From: Rikenellaceae bacterium
Lineage (GTDB): Bacteria > Bacteroidota > Bacteroidia > Bacteroidales > Rikenellaceae
DNA length: 49,766 nucleotides
Assembly (NCBI GenBank): GCA_020859745.1
Contig: JAJBVQ010000260.1
Coordinates: 1-49,766, forward strand
Direction of reading: 5' to 3'
Shown: one piece after another, positions 20,031-30,327 of the stretch
How positions within the stretch are numbered: position 1 is the stretch's first letter
Layout of the letters: the number at the start of each line of letters is the position of its first letter
Notes under the pieces: generated by a model
What the model was told of the DNA's origin: nothing
The model's input: only the letters and a program-made list of their open reading frames with translations
Databases searched by the model: none
Translations under genes and position numbers: made by a program

Positions 20031-20876
20031 TCAATTCTTCCCTTTCTCCCGCGTACGGTAGGAGGTGATGCTCTCGCCCGCGACGTTTTTGAAAAACCGG
20101 CTGAAAGCGGCCAGGTCTTCGAAGCCCAATAGTGCGGCTATTTCCTTGGCGCTGCGCGAGCTGTAAAGGAGGAGCCGTTTGGCCTCGGTTTCGATCCGCT
20201 CGTGGATGATATGCAAAGGCGACGGCAACCGGTAGGCCGAAAAGAGATTGGCGAGCGTTTTCGGCGACCGGTTCAGCATATCGGCGTACTCTTTCACCTG
20301 TTTCTTCTCCCGGAAATGGTTGTCGACCAGCACCATATATTGGCGCACGACGTCGAAACCGTTTTCCCGGTCTGCGGTGATGCCGAACCGCTCCCGGGCC
20401 ATGCGCGTGCAAAGGATAATGAACCGTTTAAGCAGGATGCGGAGCATCTCTTCCCGCAGGTTGTCGCGCACCTCGTATTCGCGGGCGAACCCTCCCGCAA
20501 GCTCCTCGAGCGCGGCCGTTTCGTGATCGGCCAGCGCGAGGCGTATCAGGCGGCTGCCGCCGTTGAACAGGAAGCCGTTGCAGGATACTTCGGAGTCGTG
20601 CCCGAAGATGCAGTAGAAGTTACTGTTGAACATCAGCGCCGCATACTCCCCTTCGATGGCTTTGAATTCGATATGGTGGAAAGGGGTCAGGGCGATAACC
20701 TCGCCCCGGATGAGGGTAGTTTCGACGTGGTCGATCTCCAGTGCGACGCGCCCTGTCCTGACCCAGAGGAATTTGTACAGGCTTTTGTCCCGGAGCCATT
20801 CGGAACGGGCGTGCAGATCGCCGGTCAGGACTATTTTCCCTTTCAGGCGCGTGTCGAACTGGAATTGCATAGGCAT
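20031..20876 (-). CDS. AraC family regulator upstream of rclC/rclA
   Basis: EAKRLLLYS..SAKEIAALLGFED.AAFSRFFK HTH; FNSNFYCIFGHDSEVSCNGFLF region with cysteines. Confidence 0.9.
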   Translation of the reverse strand: MPMQFQFDTRLKGKIVLTGDLHARSEWLRDKSLYKFLWVRTGRVALEIDHVETTLIRGEVIALTPFHHIEFKAIEGEYAALMFNSNFYCIFGHDSEVSCNGFLFNGGSRLIRLALADHETAALEELAGGFAREYEVRDNLREEMLRILLKRFIILCTRMARERFGITADRENGFDVVRQYMVLVDNHFREKKQVKEYADMLNRSPKTLANLFSAYRLPSPLHIIHERIETEAKRLLLYSSRSAKEIAALLGFEDLAAFSRFFKNVAGESITSYRTREKGKN

Positions 20877-20929
20877 CGCTTTGGATACAAATGTAGCGAT
20901 TTAGGCGGGTAGATCGGAGAACTAAAGAC

Positions 20930-20960
20930 AAGAGGCCGATGGGAACTCCATCGGCCTCTT
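20930..20960 (-). terminator. Hairpin downstream of the tRNA 3'-end sequence (copy 1)
   Basis: Perfect 13-bp stem AAGAGGCCGATGG-gaact-CCATCGGCCTCTT. Confidence 0.75.
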
Positions 20961-20968
20961 TGTTCGAA

Positions 20969-20990
20969 TGGCGGAGAGATAGGCACTCGA
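20969..20990 (-). other. Hybrid att junction: tRNA-Ser 3'-end core fused to the lpdA pseudo-site
   Basis: TGGCGGAGAGAT|AGGC|ACTCGA; left part equals 41452-41467, right part equals lpdA from 498. Confidence 0.9.
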
Positions 20991-21285
20991 AAGGGGGTAT
21001 ACGCTGCGGATCGGTAAATTTCCCTACACGGCGTCCGGAAAGGCGACGGCGGCGGGGAACCGCGACGGGATGGTGAAGCTGATCTTCGATGCGGATACGG
21101 ATAAACTGTTGGGGGCGCACCTGTTCGGGCTGAACGTGACGGAGATGATCGCGGAACCGTCGCTGGGCATGACGCTCGGTACGACGGCCAAGGATATTAT
21201 CCGGACGATCCATCCGCATCCGACCATGTCCGAAGGGATTATGGAGGCCGCCGCGGCCGCGCACGATGAGGCGATCCACTTATAG
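20981..21285 (+). pseudogene. lpdA: 3' remnant of lpdA created by the duplication
   Basis: Identical to 498-802; the junction reads ATG GCG GAG AGA TAG in frame, a stop where lpdA has CAG. Confidence 0.9.
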
Positions 21286-21307
21286 GCTCTTGTCCGTATG
21301 ATATAAA

Positions 21308-21345
21308 GGCCGGGACTTTCGATCTGAAAGTCCCGGCCACTTTTT
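21308..21345. terminator. Terminator (copy 2 of 825-862)
   Basis: Same hairpin. Confidence 0.8.
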
Positions 21346-22630
21346 ACCGCTCGATCGTCACCAGTAGTTTGTCCACCCGGCTGGCGTCCATATCGACCAC
21401 CTCGAAACGGAGGTTGCGGTAATCGAACCGGTCCCCTTCGACGGGTATGCGTCCCAAAAGGAACATCGCCAAACCGCCCAACGTGTTGAAATCCTCTTTT
21501 TGCAGGTCGTCGAAAGCCACGATGCCCATCTCCTCCATAAAATCGTCCACGTTGTACGTCCCGTCTACCAGTATCGTGCCGTCCTCGCGGGTAACGTAAC
21601 CCGGTTCGTCCATCTCCCCATTCTCGTCCGGCATCTCGCCCATAATGCTCTCGGCCAGGTCGTGCAGGGTGATGACTCCTTCGATCACCCCGTATTCGCT
21701 GATGACCGCCGCAAAGCTGCATTTGTGCTGTTTGAACAATTCCAGCACCCGGTTGGCCTGCAGGTTCTCCGGCACCAGCAACGGTTCCGTGGCAATGGAT
21801 CTCAGGTCGAACGCGGCCCCTTCGCGCCAGAGGCCGATAATGTCCTTGACGGAAACCGTCCCGATCACATCGGAAGTCGATTCCCCGCATAAAAGGTAAC
21901 GGCTGTAGTGTGCCGTCGCTATGGTTTCCAGCACTTCGTCCCTGCTCTGCCGGGTGTAGAGATAGACTAGGTCTTTGCGGTGCGTCATCAACTCGTTGGC
22001 GTGCTTGTCCGTGAACCGGAACACGTCTTTGATCATCTCGGTCTCTTCTTTCTCCAGTATGCCCTGTTCGGTGCTTTGGCGGATGATCATTTTGATTTCG
22101 TCTTCGGTCATGGAGCGGTCGTCGCCACCTTTGACACCGAGTATTTTATTAACCAGCCGGGTGGAGATGCTGAGCAGCCAGACGAACGGATAGGAAATTT
22201 TGGTCAGCCCCCGCATCACCGGCGTCAGCGCGGTGGCTATCCGTTCCGGATTGTTCAGTGCGATGGACTTCGGGACCAGTTCGCCGATGATCAGGGAAAA
22301 ATAGGTGATCAGTGCGACGACCGTGATCATTGAGAGATCGCGGGCATACGGCTTCAGAAATGCCACCCGTTCAAAAAGCGGCTTCACGTCGTCGGCCAGC
22401 GCCACGCCCCCGAAAGCCCCGGAGACGATACCGATCAGCGTGATGCCGATCTGGATGGTGGAGAGGATTTTTTCCGGTTCATCCAGCAGCCGGAGGGTGG
22501 TCTCCGCTTTGCGGCTGCCCCGTGCCGCTTCGTTTTTGAGGCGGGCCCTGCTGCTCGATACCAGTGCGATCTCGTACATGGCGAATACCCCGTTCAAAAG
22601 GAGCAGCAGGACGATTATGACAATTTCCAT
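21344..22630 (-). CDS. HlyC/CorC family transporter (copy 2)
   Basis: Same translation as 861-2147. Confidence 0.9.
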   Translation of the reverse strand: MEIVIIVLLLLLNGVFAMYEIALVSSSRARLKNEAARGSRKAETTLRLLDEPEKILSTIQIGITLIGIVSGAFGGVALADDVKPLFERVAFLKPYARDLSMITVVALITYFSLIIGELVPKSIALNNPERIATALTPVMRGLTKISYPFVWLLSISTRLVNKILGVKGGDDRSMTEDEIKMIIRQSTEQGILEKEETEMIKDVFRFTDKHANELMTHRKDLVYLYTRQSRDEVLETIATAHYSRYLLCGESTSDVIGTVSVKDIIGLWREGAAFDLRSIATEPLLVPENLQANRVLELFKQHKCSFAAVISEYGVIEGVITLHDLAESIMGEMPDENGEMDEPGYVTREDGTILVDGTYNVDDFMEEMGIVAFDDLQKEDFNTLGGLAMFLLGRIPVEGDRFDYRNLRFEVVDMDASRVDKLLVTIER

Positions 22631-22679
22631 TGTGCGGTAACGGTTTTAAAAAGTGTTACCGGGCTAATATAGCGATTTT

Positions 22680-23651
22680 TTACGGATGCACAACAGTCTC
22701 TTCGTCGTCGATAAGCGTTTCGTCCTCTTTGGTGATCGTGACTTTGTTGTTGTCCTTTTCCGCGCACGAGATACGCAGCAGTTTGTTGTATTTCCTTTTG
22801 CAGGTGATCGGTGCGGACGGTTCGCGTAGGATCAGCCTCGATCCGTCGCCTTTGATCCAGGTGATGGTCGTTGGAATGGCTTCCGAGTAGCCGTCGGCTG
22901 TCCAGTCATCAGAACTCAGCGAATGCTCGAACGTAAATATCCGTTTGGTAACCGCTGTCGGGTTATCCGGCGTAACGGTCAGTTTCGGGGCTCCGTCCAT
23001 TTCGATCTCTAAGGAGCCTTCCGTGAAATCTTCCGGGACGACAGTCAGGCCGAAGCATACCCATTTCATGTGGATGGTCAGATCGACGTTTTCGCTGGGA
23101 GTGATTTCGGTGACGCCGTAGAACCTGCTCACCGGCGGACGGTTATACCCCTTCGATCCCTCCTGCTGTCCGGCGAGCACGGCATAACCCGAATTCAGTT
23201 GATTGATGTAATTGCCGACCCCGACCACGAATTCGTTGGTCACCTTGCCCGGGCCGGCGTTGAATCCGCCGAGCAGGAACGGTTCCCGGTAGCCACCGTT
23301 ATCGCCTCTGGCAATGACCGATGCCCCGTCGGGCACCATCGTCATTTCGATTTTGTAGGTCGCCCCCGCAGGCAATTCGACGGATATTCCGTTCTCGTCG
23401 TCGAAAATACCGTATGCGTATTTGCTGTAATTGTTTATGACCTTCTTGTATATCTGAACGGCGTATATGTCATTCGGATAACCTTTGACCATCGTCAGCG
23501 GAGAATCCTCCTCACTGATACGCTCCCGGTCGATATTCAGCCTGATAGTGTATTTAGGCCCACCGGGCAAAGGTTCGGGCTTATCCATGCGGCAACCGGC
23601 CAATGCGGCTGACAGTAAAAACAATAACGTCGGTATGTAAATATGTTTCAT
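22680..23651 (-). CDS. Hypothetical lipoprotein (copy 2)
   Basis: Same translation as 2197-3168. Confidence 0.75.
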   Translation of the reverse strand: MKHIYIPTLLFLLSAALAGCRMDKPEPLPGGPKYTIRLNIDRERISEEDSPLTMVKGYPNDIYAVQIYKKVINNYSKYAYGIFDDENGISVELPAGATYKIEMTMVPDGASVIARGDNGGYREPFLLGGFNAGPGKVTNEFVVGVGNYINQLNSGYAVLAGQQEGSKGYNRPPVSRFYGVTEITPSENVDLTIHMKWVCFGLTVVPEDFTEGSLEIEMDGAPKLTVTPDNPTAVTKRIFTFEHSLSSDDWTADGYSEAIPTTITWIKGDGSRLILREPSAPITCKRKYNKLLRISCAEKDNNKVTITKEDETLIDDEETVVHP

Positions 23652-23851
23652 GGTGTTGGGACTATCTTATTCTTCAAACTTACAGTATTATACCGAAATA
23701 TTATATTATTTTCACCTTTAGGAGAAGATAAATGTCCATATGTATTATATAACAACATTTTTATAGTATGAAATATTGTGACGAGGGTAATTTGTAATCG
23801 AGAGACTTAGCCGAATTTTTTATAATTTTGGCACCGCTGGATAAAATAGGT

Positions 23852-26800
23852 ATGATCGGAAAAACGATGATTCAGGATATTGTCCGGGCAGGTTTGGATG
23901 TGGGATCGACCACTGCCAAACTGGTCCTGGTCGGCGAGCAGGGAGAAATTCTCCACTCGGCTTATAAACGCCACCACGCGGATGTGTTGGGAACTGCCGC
24001 CGCATTGTTTTCCGAGGTCCTGGAACATTTCGGCGACCGCCGGGTGCTCCTGACCGTCACCGGATCGGCGGGCATGGGGATTGCCGAACGGTTTTTGTTG
24101 CCTTTCGAGCAGGAGGTCGTGGCGGCGACGAACCTGATCCGGGCCGTCTATCCGGATATCAAAACCTTGATCGACATCGGAGGAGAAGATGCCAAAATGG
24201 TCTTTTTCCCGGAAGAGGCTTTGCCCGACATGCGGATGAGCGGGAATTGCGCGGGAGGTACGGGCGCGTTTATCGACCAGATGGCCACCCTTTTGGGGTG
24301 TACGGTCGATGAGATGGGGGAGATGGCCATGCTGCCCGGTACGAAGATCCATCCGATCGCTTCGCGCTGCGGCGTGTTTTCCAAAACCGACATTCAAAAC
24401 CTGATCGCGCGGAATGTGAGCAAGGCCGACGTGTCGGCTTCGGTGTTCCACGCGGTGGCTGTTCAGACGGTGACCACCCTCTCCCACGGGTTCAGCGTGC
24501 AGCCCAAAGTGCTTTTCTGCGGGGGGCCGTTCGCTTTCACTCCGGCCCTGCGGGTGGCTTTCGTCCGCTATCTGGGACTCAGGGAGGATGAATATATTGT
24601 GCCGGAGAACGCTCCGGTTATTTCGGCGTGGGGGGCTGCCCTTTCGCCGTCCAAAGCTGAAAAAGGCATTCTGCTGTCCGGGTTTATCGAAGACCTGAAG
24701 CGCGGAGACCGGAACGGGAACCTGGTGCAGACAAACCGTTTGGAGCCGTTGTTCCGGGACGAGTCCGAACTCTCGGAATGGGAGTCGGCGAAGAAGGAGA
24801 CCCGTATAGCGAGAATTTCGCTGGAGGATTGCGACGGCGGGTGCTATCTGGGGATAGATTCCGGTTCCACGACCACGAAGATCGTGGCGATCGACAGTCG
24901 GGAGCGTATCGTCTTTTCATATTACGCCAATAACGAGGGAAACCCGATCGCGGCGGCGCAAAAAGGGTTGCGGCAATTCCTGACCGAAGCGGAGAAGGCC
25001 GGGAAGCCGATCCGCATCCAGGGCAGTTGCTCGACCGGTTATGGAGAGGATTTGCTGAGGGCCGCATTCGGGCTGGGTGGCGGGATCATCGAAACGATAG
25101 CCCACTACCTGGCGGCGCGGAAAGTCGATCCGGAGGTGTCGTTTATCCTGGACATTGGCGGGCAGGACATGAAAGCGCTTTTCGTCGAGAACGGGGCACT
25201 TTACCGGGTCGAGATCAACGAGGCCTGTTCGTCGGGGTGCGGCTCTTTCATATCGGCTTTCGCCGGATCGTTGCAGCATTCGGTTTCGGACTTCGCTTCG
25301 ATGGCCTGCACCGCCGGGGCGCCGTGCGACCTGGGGACGCGCTGCACGGTCTTTATGAACTCCAAAGTCAAGCAATTCCTGCGCGAAGGGGCTTCGGTTC
25401 CGGATATTTCGGCGGGGCTGGCCTACTCGGTGGTCAAGAACTGCCTGTACAAAGTGCTGAAACTGAAAAACCTGTCGGAGCTGGGGGGCCATGTGGTCGT
25501 TCAGGGCGGCACGATGCGGAACCGTTCGATCGTGCGGGCTTTCGAAAAGCTGGCGGGCGTACCGGTGGCGTTCACCGATATTCCGGAACTGATGGGCGCG
25601 CTGGGATGTGCGCTGTATGCGAAATCGCAGGCGACGGGCGGGAAAGGCGTCTTGTTGTCGCAGATCTTGCAAACGACTGACTTCACTTCCCGGCAGACGC
25701 AGTGCAAGGGGTGCGAAAACCAGTGTTATGTGACCCGCTATACATTCAACAACGGGAACGTCTATTATTCGGGAAACAAGTGCGAAAAGGTATTCACCAA
25801 CCGGGGCGCGGAGAGCCGGACGGGGGATAACGTTTATCCGCAGAAATACGAGCTGCTGTTCGGCCGCGAAACCGCCGGAACCGGCCAGACCAGGCCGCTG
25901 ACCATCGGCATTCCCCGGATACTGGGCATGTACGAGGACTACCCTTTCTGGCATGCTTTGTTCACCGCCTGCGGCTTCGGCGTCATGCTCTCCGAACCGT
26001 CCACGATGCGCAAATACGAAACCGGGGTCAATTCGGTGATGTCGGACAATATCTGTTTCCCGGCCAAGCTGGCGCACAGCCATATACTGGACTTGATCGA
26101 GCGCAAGGCGGATCGCATCTTTTATCCCTTTACCATATTCGAACAGCGTGACGGAGCACAGGAGAACAACAGTTTCAACTGCCCGGTGGTAACCGGGTAT
26201 GCCGAAGTGCTGAAAAACTCGATCGACCCGGAAGGGAAATGCGGGATTCCGTTCGATGCGCCGACCATTACTTTCAAAAGCGCGAAGGGGCTGCGGCGGG
26301 GCTGCCTCGATTACTTGCGGACGCTGGGCGTACCCGATGCGACCGTGAAAAAGGCGGTGGACAAGGCTTTACAGGCGCAGGACGATTACCGGGCGCGGAT
26401 CAAGACCATGAACCTCCGTCTTTTCGAGCGCAGCAAGCGGAAAGGTGAGCTGACCGTGCTTCTGGCCGGAAGGCCGTACCATACCGACCCGCTGATCCAG
26501 CATAAGCTGTCGGACATGATCGCGGGGTTCGGGGTCAACGTCATTTCGGAGGATATCGTCCGGAACGACGATTCGGTGGACATCAGCCGTATCCATTCAG
26601 TGCCGCAGTGGAGCTACGTGAACCGGATCCTCAAGGCGGCTCAATGGGTGGCTGAACAGGGCGACGATATCCATTTCGTGCAGATGACCTCGTTCGGCTG
26701 CGGCCCGGACGCTTTCCTGCTGGACGAAGTGCGGGCCGTCCTGAAACGGTACGGCAAGACGCTGACGATCCTGAAGATCGACGACGTGAACAATATCGGG

Positions 26801-28129
26801 TCGCTGCGCCTGCGCGTGCGGTCGCTGATCGAGAGCCTGAAATTCAAGGCGGGGACGAAAGCGGACGAATTGCAGCCTTTCGTGACCACGAAACCGTTCA
26901 ACAAGGCGGAACGGAAACGCAAACTGCTGCTGCCCCACTTCTCGGATGCCCATGTCGAGGTGATCGAAGCCCTGTTCCATGCGGCGGGTTACGACGCGGA
27001 GACGCTGCCCCGGCCGGACGGAGCGACGGTGGACTGCGGTCTGAAATACGCCAACAACGAGGTCTGCTATCCTGCGACTTTGGTGGTGGGCGACATGGTG
27101 AAGGCACTGGAATCGGGCAGGTACGATCCCGACCGCGTGGCGGTGGTCATGACGCAGACCGGGGGCCAGTGCCGGGCGACGAACTACCTGACGCTTCTCA
27201 AAAAAGCGGTCGTGGATGCCGGCTATCCGCAGGTGCCGGTCATTTCATTGAACTCAGGAGGGCCTGTGGAAGCGGGATTGAAGATCAACTGGTTCAAGGT
27301 CGCGCCGGTTGCCTTGGCTGCCTTGCTGTATGGGGACTGCATAGCCAAGTTGTATTACGCCTCCGTCATCCGGGAACGGACGCAAGGGGATGCGGAAAGG
27401 CTCCGGAAACATTACTTAGCGGAGGCGGTGCCTTATATCGAATGCAGGGATACCGATGCGCTGTTCCGGCTGCTGGGGGACGCGGCCGGAGCGTTCGACA
27501 AGATCGTTGCGACCGATACGGCGCCGCGCGCCAAGGTGGGGGTCGTCGGGGAAATTTACCTGAAACTCAACTCGTTCAGTCACAAAGATATCCTGCATTG
27601 GCTGGCCGGAGAAGGGATCGAGGTGATCCCTCCGACGATCGTTAATTTCTTCATGCAGGCTTTCGTGAACCGAAAGGTCAATAAAAAGGCGCACCTTACG
27701 GATTCATCGCTCGTGCCGGAATTCGTTATCGACCGGCTCTACCGCTGGGCGGACGGCTATGTGAAGCGTGCGAACCGGATTTGCAGCGCGTTCCGGTACT
27801 ATGTTCCTTTCGGCAATATTTTCGAAGAGGCGGACGAGGCGTCCGGACTGGTACCCCTTACAGCGCAGTTCGGCGAAGGTTGGCTCATCGCGGCCGAAAT
27901 GGCGGGGTTCGCCCGGTCGGGTGTCAACCACGTCATCAGCCTCCAGCCGTTCGGATGTATCGCCAACCATATCGTATCCAAGGGGATCGAGAAAAAGGTG
28001 CGGGATATGTTTCCGCAGATGAGCCTGCTCTTCCTCGATTTCGACAGCGGGGTGAGCGAGGTGAACGTGCTGAACCGACTGCACTTGATGGTCAACAACC
28101 TCAAACAGCCGGAAAAGGTCAGTGTCTGA
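23852..28129 (+). CDS. Acyl-CoA dehydratase activase-related protein (copy 2)
   Basis: Same translation as copy 1. Confidence 0.85.
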   Translation: MIGKTMIQDIVRAGLDVGSTTAKLVLVGEQGEILHSAYKRHHADVLGTAAALFSEVLEHFGDRRVLLTVTGSAGMGIAERFLLPFEQEVVAATNLIRAVYPDIKTLIDIGGEDAKMVFFPEEALPDMRMSGNCAGGTGAFIDQMATLLGCTVDEMGEMAMLPGTKIHPIASRCGVFSKTDIQNLIARNVSKADVSASVFHAVAVQTVTTLSHGFSVQPKVLFCGGPFAFTPALRVAFVRYLGLREDEYIVPENAPVISAWGAALSPSKAEKGILLSGFIEDLKRGDRNGNLVQTNRLEPLFRDESELSEWESAKKETRIARISLEDCDGGCYLGIDSGSTTTKIVAIDSRERIVFSYYANNEGNPIAAAQKGLRQFLTEAEKAGKPIRIQGSCSTGYGEDLLRAAFGLGGGIIETIAHYLAARKVDPEVSFILDIGGQDMKALFVENGALYRVEINEACSSGCGSFISAFAGSLQHSVSDFASMACTAGAPCDLGTRCTVFMNSKVKQFLREGASVPDISAGLAYSVVKNCLYKVLKLKNLSELGGHVVVQGGTMRNRSIVRAFEKLAGVPVAFTDIPELMGALGCALYAKSQATGGKGVLLSQILQTTDFTSRQTQCKGCENQCYVTRYTFNNGNVYYSGNKCEKVFTNRGAESRTGDNVYPQKYELLFGRETAGTGQTRPLTIGIPRILGMYEDYPFWHALFTACGFGVMLSEPSTMRKYETGVNSVMSDNICFPAKLAHSHILDLIERKADRIFYPFTIFEQRDGAQENNSFNCPVVTGYAEVLKNSIDPEGKCGIPFDAPTITFKSAKGLRRGCLDYLRTLGVPDATVKKAVDKALQAQDDYRARIKTMNLRLFERSKRKGELTVLLAGRPYHTDPLIQHKLSDMIAGFGVNVISEDIVRNDDSVDISRIHSVPQWSYVNRILKAAQWVAEQGDDIHFVQMTSFGCGPDAFLLDEVRAVLKRYGKTLTILKIDDVNNIGSLRLRVRSLIESLKFKAGTKADELQPFVTTKPFNKAERKRKLLLPHFSDAHVEVIEALFHAAGYDAETLPRPDGATVDCGLKYANNEVCYPATLVVGDMVKALESGRYDPDRVAVVMTQTGGQCRATNYLTLLKKAVVDAGYPQVPVISLNSGGPVEAGLKINWFKVAPVALAALLYGDCIAKLYYASVIRERTQGDAERLRKHYLAEAVPYIECRDTDALFRLLGDAAGAFDKIVATDTAPRAKVGVVGEIYLKLNSFSHKDILHWLAGEGIEVIPPTIVNFFMQAFVNRKVNKKAHLTDSSLVPEFVIDRLYRWADGYVKRANRICSAFRYYVPFGNIFEEADEASGLVPLTAQFGEGWLIAAEMAGFARSGVNHVISLQPFGCIANHIVSKGIEKKVRDMFPQMSLLFLDFDSGVSEVNVLNRLHLMVNNLKQPEKVSV

Positions 28130-28237
28130 TGCGGCCGTCTGCGTCCGGTTACGGCCCGGATGTTGCAGGCGCTTGCAAAATAAACGGGAGGGCGGTCCGT
28201 TTCAATAAAAGTACATTCAAACCCGAAAGAACAGCTT

Positions 28238-29533
28238 ATGAAGAACCTGAAAGAAGAAGCATTGCGTTACCACAGCTCCGCTCCCAAAGGCAAATTGGGG
28301 GTGGTGCCGACCAAACCCTATATGACCCAGCACGACCTGTCGCTGGCCTACACGCCCGGCGTGGCGGTTCCTTGCATGGAGATTTACGACGACCCGGAGA
28401 AAGCCTACGAATACACGGGGAAAGAGAACCTGGTGGCCGTGATTTCGAACGGGACGGCGGTCTTGGGGCTGGGCGACATCGGGCCGTTGGCGTCGAAACC
28501 GGTGATGGAGGGAAAAGGGCTGCTGTTCAAAGTTCTGGCCGGAATCAACGTTTACGATATCGAGATCGACACGTCGGACGTGGACCAGTTCGTGCAGACG
28601 GTCAAGATGATCGCCCCGACCTTCGGCGGGATCAACCTGGAGGATATCAAGGCTCCCCAGTGCTTCGAGATAGAGCGGCGGCTCAAAGAGGAGCTCGACC
28701 TGCCCCTGATGCACGACGACCAGCACGGAACGGCGATCATCACGTCGGCGGCCATGCTCAATGCGCTGGACATCGTGGGAAAAAAGATCGGGGAGATCAA
28801 GGTCGTGGTCAACGGCGCCGGTGCGGCGGCTACCGCTTGTGCGAAGCTCTACCTTTCGTTGGGTGTGAAGGCGGAAAATCTGGTGATGTGCGACAGCAAA
28901 GGGGTGATCAATAAAAAACGGACAGGGCTGTCGCCCGAGAAGGCGCAGTTCGCGACCGACCGGGATATCGACACGCTGGCCGAGGCGCTGGTCGGGGCGG
29001 ATCTGTTCCTGGGCGTGTCGAAAGCGGGTGTGCTGAAAGGCGAGATGGTCAAGACCATGGCCAAAGATCCGATCGTCTTCGCTTTGGCCAATCCCGACCC
29101 GGAGATTCCGTACGACGAAGCCAAGGCTTCGCGTCCGGATCTTATCTTCGCCACGGGCCGGAGCGACTACCCCAATCAGGTGAACAATGTGATCGGCTTC
29201 CCTTATATATTCCGCGGGGCTATGGACGTGCGGGCCACGGCGATCAACGAGGAGATGAAGATCGCTGCCGCGCGGGCCATCGCCAGTCTGGCGAAACAGC
29301 CGGTCACCGGCGAAGTGCTGGCCGCATATAACTTAGACGAATTGGCGTTCGGGCGGGAATATCTGATCCCGAAGCCGCTGGACAAACGGTTGCTGACCGT
29401 GGTTTCGATCGCCGTGGCGAAGGCCGCGATCGAGTCCGGCGTAGCCACGCGGGTCATCACCGATTGGGATACCTATGCCGCCGAACTGGTGTGCATGTTG
29501 GCGAGGGTGCATAAGCACTCCATACTGAGATAA
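28238..29533 (+). CDS. Malic enzyme (copy 2)
   Basis: Same translation as 7755-9050. Confidence 0.92.
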   Translation: MKNLKEEALRYHSSAPKGKLGVVPTKPYMTQHDLSLAYTPGVAVPCMEIYDDPEKAYEYTGKENLVAVISNGTAVLGLGDIGPLASKPVMEGKGLLFKVLAGINVYDIEIDTSDVDQFVQTVKMIAPTFGGINLEDIKAPQCFEIERRLKEELDLPLMHDDQHGTAIITSAAMLNALDIVGKKIGEIKVVVNGAGAAATACAKLYLSLGVKAENLVMCDSKGVINKKRTGLSPEKAQFATDRDIDTLAEALVGADLFLGVSKAGVLKGEMVKTMAKDPIVFALANPDPEIPYDEAKASRPDLIFATGRSDYPNQVNNVIGFPYIFRGAMDVRATAINEEMKIAAARAIASLAKQPVTGEVLAAYNLDELAFGREYLIPKPLDKRLLTVVSIAVAKAAIESGVATRVITDWDTYAAELVCMLARVHKHSILR

Positions 29534-29535
29534 AG

Positions 29536-29565
29536 AAGGGCCGGTTTTCAGACCGGCCCTTTTTT
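29536..29565. terminator. Bidirectional terminator (copy 2)
   Basis: Same hairpin as 9053-9082. Confidence 0.8.
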
Positions 29566-30229
29566 ATTTGACGATTACCTGCGGCAACGCTTTCTGGAGC
29601 CACTCTTTATCCACGGTGTGGTAGTGGTACGGATAGAGATATTTCGGCTCGATGATCTTGGCGGCCTCAATAAATTCCTCCTCATTCATCGTGAACGGCA
29701 GCATCAGCGGCAGGAAAGCGATATAAATGAAATTGATCTTCCGCATCTCCGGCGTCAGCTCCGTGTCCCCGGCAATGTAGATCCGCTTGTCGTCCACGGT
29801 CAGGATATAGCCGTTGCCGACTCCCTGCGGATGGAAAGGTTGTCCCGGCGCACGTTCGCGCACGATATTATAGGCCGGCACTGCGTCGATGCGGATCAGG
29901 TCTTTGTATTCCGTGCTATCTCCGTTGGCCAGCGTGACGATCTCCTGTTCGAAACCGTCTTCCCGGAGTAGCTCCGCCACTTTCGGCGGGGCGATAAACG
30001 TCGTTGCGGGGGTGGCGATCTGCCGGATGGCGTCCGGATCGTAATGATCGTAGTGGTCGTGGGTGATCAGGATGGCCGTCGCCTCGGGAAGCGCCGAATA
30101 ATCGGCCGTTTCGCTGTACGGATCGACAGCGATCAATTCATCTTTATAACCCAGGTAAAGGGAGGCGTGCCCGACGAGGGTCACGCTGATCTCGCCGTAG
30201 CGGTCGGTGGTGTTCGGAAGTGTTCTCAT
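29564..30229 (-). CDS. MBL-fold metallo-hydrolase (copy 2)
   Basis: Same translation as copy 1. Confidence 0.85.
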   Translation of the reverse strand: MRTLPNTTDRYGEISVTLVGHASLYLGYKDELIAVDPYSETADYSALPEATAILITHDHYDHYDPDAIRQIATPATTFIAPPKVAELLREDGFEQEIVTLANGDSTEYKDLIRIDAVPAYNIVRERAPGQPFHPQGVGNGYILTVDDKRIYIAGDTELTPEMRKINFIYIAFLPLMLPFTMNEEEFIEAAKIIEPKYLYPYHYHTVDKEWLQKALPQVIVK

Positions 30230-30327
30230 GGTGCCAGTAAAAATAGCATTTTTCATGCCGAATTCCGAAAAAAGTTGGAAGTCCGAATAAAAAGCGTACA
30301 TTTACACCGTATACTTAAAGTCGTTTA

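Larger units (their letters stand above)
498..20980 (+). repeat. Tandem duplication unit, copy 1 (20,483 bp)
   Basis: All ORFs recur at +20,483 with the same translations; sequence spot checks identical; AGGC shared at 498, 20981 and 41464. Confidence 0.97.

Noticed and set aside
20620-21279. Novel fusion ORF across the duplication junction
   Set aside because: Antisense to the lpdA remnant, out of frame with araC, and crosses a terminator hairpin; the sense-frame fusion is blocked by TAG at 20980
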